Source: Thermodesulfobacteriota bacterium
Lineage (GTDB): Bacteria > Desulfobacterota > BSN033 > UBA1163
Assembly (NCBI GenBank): GCA_040756085.1
Contig: JBFMAE010000135.1
Location: 1 to 32,630 of the forward strand
Length of the DNA: 32,630 bases
Reading direction: 5' to 3'
Below are positions 16,442 to 22,519 of this stretch, piece after piece (within the stretch, counting starts at the first letter, position 1; each line of letters begins with the position of its first letter). Below the pieces are notes generated by a model. It had not been told where the DNA came from. It worked only from the letters and a program-made list of their open reading frames with translations, and did not search any database. Made by a program: the position numbers and the translations under genes.

Positions 16442-16895
16442 TTTTAATTTTTTTGTTAAGAAGGTGACGAGATTATCTATCCTGTTAAGGACTTTATCAA
16501 AACCGATAAAGGTAGTCAAAAAATTTCAAGTACGATATGGAAATGTGGAAGAGTTAGGAGATGAACAAATTTTCCTAAATTTCTTTTGTTTTAGCCATTA
16601 ATTTAAGGGGTTATATGTGCCTATTCTTTAGGCAAAGCGATGAAGATAGCTATTTTCAAGAGCGGGAGAGTTTTTTCCCACAGGTATTCAACATTTTTTG
16701 TGGATTGTGTGAAGACAACCTAATAAAAAGGAAATTATTTTTGGTGAAAAAAATATCTTTACTCCTTTCTAACTAAAGAATTTCTCACATTGCATATGTA
16801 AATTTTATTCAAAAATGCAACCTTTCAAGGTGAAAGCAGCAATTTAGTCAACATGGCATGATATATTATCAAGTTTTAGAATTGTATCTTATGGG

Positions 16896-17447
16896 TTAAG
16901 TTTTGCGCTCTTTGGGTTCACAGATCAATACATTTCTTTCATCCATTTCAAAGGTGCATTTCTCTTCAAGAATGGGTTTCAACTTTTTTCGGGCCCTGTG
17001 AAGCCTCACTTTGACATTCTTAATCGTTATTCCCAAAGTATCAGCGATCTCTTGATGGCTAAAGTCCATGATGTCCGAAAGAAAAAGGACCGTTCGTAAT
17101 GATTCAGGCAGAAGGCTCATCTGGTTCTGAACACATTCTCCCATCTGGCGCTGTTCCAATTCTTTTTGGATTAAATCTTTTTTGAAATCTTCTATCTCTC
17201 CCAGGTCTATTTCCTCTTCTCTTTGTGATATTTTCGACTGGCGGAAATGATCCTGGCAAAGATTGTAGGCAATACGAAATATCCATGAAGATAGCTTCGA
17301 GGGATCTCTCAGGCTGCCTAAGTGTTTCTGAATCCTTAAAAATGTTTCCTGGATCAGGTCATTGGCAACCCAGTCATCTCTAACCAGGACCCGGATAAAC
17401 TTCCTTACCCTGGAATAATACTGGTCGTAGATCTCCCAAAATTCCAT
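16896..17447 (-). CDS. ECF (group 4) sigma-70 family sigma factor
   Basis: Sigma-2 region (DLIQETFLRIQKHL..., WIFRIAYNLCQDHFR) and sigma-4 region (SHQEIADTLGITIKNVKVRLHRARKKLK). Short Cys-containing tail CTFEMDERNVLICEP. GGAG lies 7 nt before the ATG. Confidence 0.9.
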   Translation of the reverse strand: MEFWEIYDQYYSRVRKFIRVLVRDDWVANDLIQETFLRIQKHLGSLRDPSKLSSWIFRIAYNLCQDHFRQSKISQREEEIDLGEIEDFKKDLIQKELEQRQMGECVQNQMSLLPESLRTVLFLSDIMDFSHQEIADTLGITIKNVKVRLHRARKKLKPILEEKCTFEMDERNVLICEPKERKT

Positions 17448-17465
17448 TTCAAAACTCCATTGAGA

Positions 17466-17726
17466 CTATCGACAGCAAGAGCTACCACCTGGCTGGTTGC
17501 AGGGAAGATCAAACTCCCTTTCTTGCCCCATGATTTCATTGATCCTATTTTTGATAGCCAGATGAGCCCCTTTTTTCACCTGGCTGGCGAGATCCACTGC
17601 CTCTCGAATCTCGTCGGGAGAGAGGCCCACAGCTTTTGCCTTCCCAGAATAGTGTTCAAAACAGGGTATGCAATTTGCGGCCGTGGATGCTCCAAGGCAA
17701 ATTAAAATCTTTGTTCTCTCTTCCAT
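17466..17726 (-). CDS. AhpD/carboxymuconolactone decarboxylase-like small CxxC protein
   Basis: LICLGASTAANCIPCFEHY is a CMD-type CxxC helix. 86 aa. Cys-rich tail CNQPGGSSCC. AAGGAGGA RBS. The gene sits 18 nt upstream of the ECF sigma gene. Confidence 0.7.
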   Translation of the reverse strand: MEERTKILICLGASTAANCIPCFEHYSGKAKAVGLSPDEIREAVDLASQVKKGAHLAIKNRINEIMGQEREFDLPCNQPGGSSCCR

Positions 17727-17763
17727 GGTTTATGTCCTCCTTTGGTCGAAATGTTTCCCATAT

Positions 17764-17792
17764 AAGACGGGAAAGACCTCAGAAAGGTTACA
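17764..17792 (-). promoter_or_regulatory. ECF-type promoter (TGTAAC-N17-CGTC) upstream of the CMD-ECF bicistron
   Basis: The minus strand reads TGTAAC (revcomp of 17787-17792), a 17-nt spacer, then CGTCTT (revcomp of 17764-17769), about 38 nt upstream of ATG 17726. This matches the AAC...CGT architecture of ECF promoters such as B. subtilis sigX/sigM/sigW types. Confidence 0.5.
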
Positions 17793-17811
17793 CCCTCTCT
17801 ATGTTATCCTT

Positions 17812-17852
17812 TGTATAAGTTTGAAATTTCTTTGAAATTTCAAACTTATACA
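17812..17852. promoter_or_regulatory. Perfect 19-bp inverted repeat with 3-nt spacer (operator-like palindrome or AT-rich hairpin)
   Basis: tgtataagtttgaaatttc (17812-17830), ttt, then gaaatttcaaacttataca (17834-17852), with no mismatches. It lies 20 nt upstream of the putative -35 of the ECF-type promoter. Confidence 0.7.
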
Positions 17853-18073
17853 TTTTTAAATCTATACCTTAAATGATGACCTGTCAAATAATGATTTTCA
17901 GAAAGAAATTTGAGAAAGAAGAGACTAAATCTGGACCCAGTTACAAAATTTGAACAGAAATGGCACCCTATGGCTATAAATTGTACACCGGAGATTCGGC
18001 CATCAATCGTGGAAGCCTTTAAATTCTAATTAATTTTGATGGTCTCGTAAAAAGTCTGAAAAGGATATTTTCT

Positions 18074-18197
18074 GTCATTCCTGCCCCGTATCAGGTACGG
18101 GGTAAACTCCAGCAGGAACCCAGTCTTTTTAAGCATTTAGAATTCCTCTGGATTCCCGTTTCCTGAACATGTCAGGAACAGGTTTCACGAGAATGAC
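18074..18197. repeat. MITE-like nested-hairpin element (GTCATTC...GAATGAC termini)
   Basis: Termini GTCATTC (18074-18080) and GAATGAC (18191-18197). Internal hairpins CCCCGTA-tcagg-TACGGGG and TTCCTGA-acatg-TCAGGAA. It shares ctggattcccg and gaatgacaac exactly with the 28097-28227 copy. Confidence 0.6.
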
Positions 18198-18331
18198 AAC
18201 TTTTTACGAATTCATTAATTTTGAAATCTGAAAATTTAGAAATATTTGGCATTAATATTGCTGAAATAATTAATATTCATAATATACCTCATGGTTAAAT
18301 GACTTTAAGCTCATAACTTATTTGGGTAACG

Positions 18332-18712
18332 ATGAAGCCAACCATAGAAGAAATGAATGTTTTTTGGGATAAGAATTCCGTTTTTGAGGGAAAAATAACC
18401 TCTGAGGGGATATTTCGCCTCGATGGAAAAGTGGAGGGGGAAATCTTCCATAGTGGGACATTAATTGTAGGTGAGACGGCAATTATCAAGGGGAGAGTTG
18501 GCGTCGATGCCCTTATAATCAATGGTAAGATGGAAGGGGAAGTCACAGCAAAGGAACGAGTGGAGATACATTCGAAAGGGAAGTTCTATGGGACCATTTT
18601 TACTCCTATCTTTGTTATCCAGGACGGGGGAATTTTTGAGGGAAATTGTAAAATGGAGGGAAAATCCGATAATGTGAGGGATTTGGTAAGTGCTAAGAGG
18701 GCAGTTTCTTGA
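18332..18712 (+). CDS. Bactofilin (polymer-forming cytoskeletal protein, DUF583)
   Basis: Repetitive beta-helix pattern FEGKITSEGIFRLDGKVEGEIFHSGTLIVGETAIIKGRVGVDALIINGKMEGEVTAKERVEIHSKGKFYGTI. 126 aa. Confidence 0.85.
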   Translation: MKPTIEEMNVFWDKNSVFEGKITSEGIFRLDGKVEGEIFHSGTLIVGETAIIKGRVGVDALIINGKMEGEVTAKERVEIHSKGKFYGTIFTPIFVIQDGGIFEGNCKMEGKSDNVRDLVSAKRAVS

Positions 18713-19011
18713 AATTCCAACCCTTGACCTTGACCCGTGCTGGAAAATTCTAAATGCCATGTGGGATGCAATGCAAAATTTTAAAGAATATTATAAAAAA
18801 GGGGAGTAAAAAAGAGGTCGTTTGTTACACCTACTACTCTTCAGCCCACTACAATTGCTGGAGTCAACGATTACTGCAAGAAACATTTACAATGAAGTTA
18901 TAGCTCTGATGTCTTATTCTTTCTAAGTGGAAAATTAAAAAGGGATACAGCTTCGAGCGGTCGATCCGGCTGCATCTTTTTGCTGTTGTGAGAAATTATG
19001 TTAATTCAACG

Positions 19012-19221
19012 CTATTTAAACCCTTCAATAATCCACAGCACCAACCGTGTTATTCCTCGAAGGCCGAACAATACAACACAAAAAGCAATCGGGATAAAAA
19101 TGAAAGCAATATGTAAATCTTCTTTATGTTCTCCCGCATTTATCCATATCAAAAAAGGGATTGGAATAGCCATTATCGCCAAAACGAGTGATATCCTGTC
19201 ACATCCTTTCTTAATACTCAC
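19012..19221 (-). CDS. Small two-TM membrane protein, function unknown
   Basis: GTG start preceded by a strong SD (AAGGAG, 7-nt spacing). Two hydrophobic helices (ISLVLAIMAIPIPFLIWI and IAFIFIPIAFCVVLFGL). It lies 54 nt downstream of the HEPN-like gene. Confidence 0.5.
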   Translation of the reverse strand: MSIKKGCDRISLVLAIMAIPIPFLIWINAGEHKEDLHIAFIFIPIAFCVVLFGLRGITRLVLWIIEGFK

Positions 19222-19275
19222 AATTTTTCTCCTTAATCAAACAAATTATACCTGACATTCTTAGCTTTTATGAGA

Positions 19276-19755
19276 TCATCTTTTCTCTACTCCACAGATT
19301 TTTCCTAATCCTATAAAAAGCTCCCGAGCTTCTTCAATAAATTCTTTCAATTCTTTGGTTAAAGCTTCTCGAGATTCAAATCTAAGAAATAAATCATGGA
19401 ATATTTTGTTTCTCTTCCTATTAAATTCTTTAAGCCTTTTATAAAAATTTTCATTTGCATGGAAAAAATGGAAATATTCCACCAAACGAGAAAACCGATC
19501 ATCCTCTCTCATGAGCTTTTCAGTCTTTGATGAATCAAAACCAGCTTTCAATCCCATATAGGATATAGTTACACGTAAACAGACTTCTACCAACTGGAAG
19601 TAGATAGCTGCCGATTCAATATAATGCTCAGCACCATAGGCTGTATTTGCTGCCTCGTTTAACTCTATGATTAAGTCCCAATTCAAATCTTTAGTTTCCA
19701 TTTTTATTCTATCATCAAATAATGCACTTTGGGATTTACCCATTAAATGGTGCAT
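19276..19755 (-). CDS. HEPN-like all-alpha protein (Rx4H motif)
   Basis: Helical composition throughout. FNRKRNKIFHDLF contains R-N-x3-H as in DUF86/HEPN RNases, at the position expected for helix 4. The N-terminal helices (AEHYIESAAIYFQLVEVCLRV) fit HEPN helix 1-2. The start codon is uncertain. Confidence 0.5.
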   Translation of the reverse strand: MHHLMGKSQSALFDDRIKMETKDLNWDLIIELNEAANTAYGAEHYIESAAIYFQLVEVCLRVTISYMGLKAGFDSSKTEKLMREDDRFSRLVEYFHFFHANENFYKRLKEFNRKRNKIFHDLFLRFESREALTKELKEFIEEARELFIGLGKICGVEKR

Positions 19756-19991
19756 GTTATTTTCGAGTCTCTCCCAACCTTTCCATGTATGATCGAAAAA
19801 AATAACCAGCCCTTAGAATCAGGGTTATCATTTGTGAAATATGGGTTGTAATATACACCTTTTTCGAAATTTATGGAAGTGAAGACTTCAGGAAGGAATG
19901 ATGCAGATATTTTGGGATGTTCTTTGAGATTTTTTAAAAGTTGAAATTGGAATATCGAAATAGAAAACAACATCCAACAAGACTTCTTCAA
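19743..19991 (-). CDS. Doubtful ORF upstream of the HEPN-like gene, possibly its frameshifted N-terminal part
   Basis: TTG-only start with no SD and no recognisable motifs. It is joined to the HEPN frame across an A7/T7 run (19796-19802). Confidence 0.2.
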   Translation of the reverse strand: MKKSCWMLFSISIFQFQLLKNLKEHPKISASFLPEVFTSINFEKGVYYNPYFTNDNPDSKGWLFFSIIHGKVGRDSKITCTI

Positions 19992-20325
19992 TAAAGAGCT
20001 CTAAAAAATTATTACATGCTCTTTTGATTACCTTCTCAGAAATCTCCAATAAAATTTCTTGACAAAAGTGTAAAAGAGATTAAAGTTGAAGTATTTTAAG
20101 GACAGAAAAATGGAAAATTGCGAATTTAAACTTTTTCTTGAAGGTGTCGGGGGAAAACTTACTATTCTGATTGAAGAACAAAGCTTTTAATCAAAAAACT
20201 TGATCGTCACATTGAAGAGGATAGGGCATGGTTCAAATTAATCAAAGGAGGTTTTCGAAGTTTTGAAAAAGGCTTAAATTAATATCTAACTATTAGGTCC
20301 GCCTGGGGAACGCCACTTTTTAACG

Positions 20326-21810
20326 ATGGAATACCTTCCTGTCACGGTCGATAAGAGTCACCTGATTACCATTGGAGAAAGGCTCTATTCGGAGAGCATT
20401 GAACTCATCCGGGAGCTGGTCAACAACGCCTACGATGCGGATGCCACAGAGGTCGATATCAAAATGACTAAAGAATTCATTGAGATCAAGGACAATGGTA
20501 CAGGGATGGATCGAGAAGGCCTGCGGCAATATTTTAATATAGGTTCTCCTGAGAAGGTTTTGAAATCGAAATCTCCTCTCTTCCACCGGGATCGTATCGG
20601 GCAGTTCGGTATCGGGAAATTTGCAAGCCTCTCTGCCTGCGAATGCTTTGAGGTCTATACTCAAAAAAGTGATTTTGCAGCCAAGGTGACTTTTGATAAA
20701 ATGGAATGGGAAAAAGAAGGAGACCGATGGAACCTGCCGCTTCAAATCCTACCATCCGACAAGGAGAGAGGGGATGGTACCACGGTAACCCTCCTCCGGT
20801 TGACAAGGGAGTTTGAATCAGAAGAAGTGGTCCGGAAGATCGTAGAAGGGACCCCATTAAAAGTACCAAATTTTGTTGTCAGATTGAATGGGATGCGTAT
20901 CACTCCGAGGAGCCTGAGCGGACATCGTATCCCTTTTCTCGAAGGGACAGAATTTGGCCCCATTCATGGAGAGATTATCGTCATGCCTTCCTCCACTGCT
21001 TCTCCTGTGGAATTAGGGATTGAAGTCAAAGTGAAACAGGTAACCATCAAACGGGAACTGTTTGGATTGGAACATTGGGGAAAGATTGTTTCAAGAATTC
21101 ATGGAGAGGTACACGCCGATTTTCTGCCAGTCACCACAGACCGTTCAGGGTTTGTTCTGGACAGTCCGCAGTATCAGGCTTTCCGGATGGTAATGGATAA
21201 GATTATTCGGGAAGTGGATGACATTCTCAAACGGTTAGCAGGCCGTAAAGAAAAACGAAAGGCTAGTAAAGCGCTGAAAGAAGCTCTGCACAGGATTCAC
21301 CGCGCTTTGGCCTTAAATCCGGACCTCTCTCCTTTCGGTGCTATTCCCTTAGCTGGTGGAGGGGAAGGAATGGGGGGTGCAGGTGTCGTTCCAAAGAAAT
21401 TGGATCAAAGGGGAGAGGAAGAGGTTCAACTTGCTGAAGAGGGAAAAGGAAGTGAGGAGGTTCAACAACCCTTACCTACGAAGAAAGCGAGGAAGAAATC
21501 ACCCAAAGTCAAACGATTGACCCCCAATGCCATCGTTCAGAGAATGAAATTTGGAGAGGCAGGGGTTTCTGTCTGCGTGGACGATTTTGGAGTAGATGGA
21601 CCAGAATGCTTTACAGAGGGCACAGTGATTTATATTAACCAACAGCACCCCCTCTATCAACGGGAGGCGAAGAAGCCAGACACTTATATCCTGAATGTCA
21701 CAAGGCTCATCACACAGGAGATCTCATTAATGAAGGATACAAAAAATCCACGGCTGGCTTTCTCAAGACAGAGCAAGCTCCTCCGAGATGCCTTCATTGA
21801 AAATTCTTAA
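20326..21810 (+). CDS. GHKL-superfamily ATPase (HATPase_c_3 type; MORC/Hsp90-like)
   Basis: Bergerat-fold motifs ELVNNAYDADA (N box), IKDNGTGMD (G1) and RIGQFGIGKFAS (G2). A middle domain is followed by a low-complexity Gly/Lys/Glu linker and a conserved-looking C-terminal domain (VIYINQQHPLYQ). Confidence 0.8.
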   Translation: MEYLPVTVDKSHLITIGERLYSESIELIRELVNNAYDADATEVDIKMTKEFIEIKDNGTGMDREGLRQYFNIGSPEKVLKSKSPLFHRDRIGQFGIGKFASLSACECFEVYTQKSDFAAKVTFDKMEWEKEGDRWNLPLQILPSDKERGDGTTVTLLRLTREFESEEVVRKIVEGTPLKVPNFVVRLNGMRITPRSLSGHRIPFLEGTEFGPIHGEIIVMPSSTASPVELGIEVKVKQVTIKRELFGLEHWGKIVSRIHGEVHADFLPVTTDRSGFVLDSPQYQAFRMVMDKIIREVDDILKRLAGRKEKRKASKALKEALHRIHRALALNPDLSPFGAIPLAGGGEGMGGAGVVPKKLDQRGEEEVQLAEEGKGSEEVQQPLPTKKARKKSPKVKRLTPNAIVQRMKFGEAGVSVCVDDFGVDGPECFTEGTVIYINQQHPLYQREAKKPDTYILNVTRLITQEISLMKDTKNPRLAFSRQSKLLRDAFIENS

Positions 21811-21826
21811 AGTCCCTCCCAGCCTC

Positions 21827-21845
21827 CCTGCCTACCTCAGGCAGG
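21827..21845. repeat. CCTGCC-N7-GGCAGG hairpin just after the GHKL gene stop
   Basis: CCTGCC (21827-21832), tacctca, then GGCAGG (21840-21845). The same stem sequence occurs in the repeats at 7850, 22188 and 25611. It may act as a weak terminator. Confidence 0.4.
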
Positions 21846-21891
21846 CTTTGTCCAAGGGAGGAGTAAACCCGGATGTTGCATTGAAAAGGCC

Positions 21892-22045
21892 GTTGAGTGT
21901 GCTTCCAAACCTTTACCAAGCGGGTCTTTACTATGTTTTATGGGTAATATGCGATGTTATCCGATGTGACCTTTGGAATGTGTCTGGACATAAGGCAGCC
22001 GAACGTTCAAAAGTTCCGCTGTAAAGGTTTTCCAACACACTCAAC
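21892..22045. repeat. 154-bp element bounded by 24-bp imperfect inverted repeats
   Basis: gttgagtgtgcttccaaaccttta (21892-21915) versus taaaggttttccaacacactcaac (22022-22045). 20 of 24 positions are complementary, including a perfect outer 10-mer. Confidence 0.55.
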
Positions 22046-22084
22046 TACCTTTTGGAATATTTATTATACAACTGGTGGGTAAAG

Positions 22085-22109
22085 ATTCCCCCTTTTATAA
22101 AGGGGGAAT
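22085..22109. repeat. 11-bp-stem hairpin ATTCCCCCTTT-tat-AAAGGGGGAAT
   Basis: Perfect palindrome read directly from the sequence. It lies in the convergent intergenic region downstream of the chorismate mutase gene. Confidence 0.6.
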
Positions 22110-22182
22110 AAAGGGATTACCTAGAAAATGACCTTCTCCTCCCTTGGCGGGAGGGGAGACAAGGAAGTTAAATTTTCATTGT

Positions 22183-22207
22183 TTATGCCTGCCTGCGGTA
22201 GGCAGTG
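22183..22207. repeat. Partial (solo-end) copy of the GTCATTCCTG element family
   Basis: ttatgcctgcctgcggtaggcag equals the 7841-7867 sequence minus the 5 nt tcatt. The 18-mer is identical. Confidence 0.55.
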
Positions 22208-22234
22208 GTGATATACTTATCATGTAAAATTTAT

Positions 22235-22519
22235 TTATGTTTGAGATTTACGGCATACCTTCATGATCGTTCTAAATATTTTCTTAATGTCCCCTTCCTT
22301 CAGGGGGCCTCTATTTTTTACTGTTAAACTTTCTAAAACCTCTTTCTCCCTTTCCGGATTATAGATCTCCCCTCCCATTTCCCTTTTAATCTTTCCTATC
22401 CCAAGGGCGATGCGGAGCCGTTGATTGAGAAGGCTTAATAGCTTCCGGTCGATGAGATCGATCTCTTTCCTTTTCTCTATCAATTTTTGATGGAGATTCG
22501 GCCCAATAATTTTTTTCAT
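22235..22519 (-). CDS. Chorismate mutase, AroQ class (stand-alone)
   Basis: LIEKRKEIDLIDRKLLSLLNQRLRIALGIGKIK...PEREKEVL is the typical AroQ helix 1-2 pattern. 94 aa. 4-nt overlap with aroA. Confidence 0.85.
   Translation of the reverse strand: MKKIIGPNLHQKLIEKRKEIDLIDRKLLSLLNQRLRIALGIGKIKREMGGEIYNPEREKEVLESLTVKNRGPLKEGDIKKIFRTIMKVCRKSQT

Noticed and set aside
16520-16895. A 376-bp ORF-free region between the ECF sigma stop and the RecD2 start, examined for an ncRNA, CRISPR or retron-like structure.
   Set aside because: Only short (5-6 bp) AT-rich stems are present, with no repeats and no conserved-looking motif. It is treated as an ordinary promoter/terminator spacer.
17961-17975. TGGCAC-cctat-GGCT, a sigma-54-like -24 element upstream of the bactofilin gene.
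   Set aside because: The GC dinucleotide is displaced by 1 nt from the strict GG-N10-GC spacing. The site is more than 350 nt from the ATG, with a repeat element in between.
18295-18771. Antisense ORFs opposite the bactofilin gene.
   Set aside because: They are shadow ORFs of a repetitive beta-helix gene.
20110-20190. A 26-codon ORF (MENCEFKLFLEGVGGKLTILIEEQSF) in the long leader of the GHKL ATPase gene.
   Set aside because: It has no RBS and is too short to evaluate without comparative data. It is noted only as a possible leader peptide.
20320-20963. Minus-strand ORFs overlapping the 5' part of the GHKL ATPase gene.
   Set aside because: They are antisense to the Bergerat-fold motifs and are shadow ORFs.
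21788-22024. A 78-aa plus-strand ORF after the GHKL gene.
   Set aside because: It is built from the hairpin repeat and the inverted-repeat element and has no RBS. The region is better explained as structured non-coding DNA.
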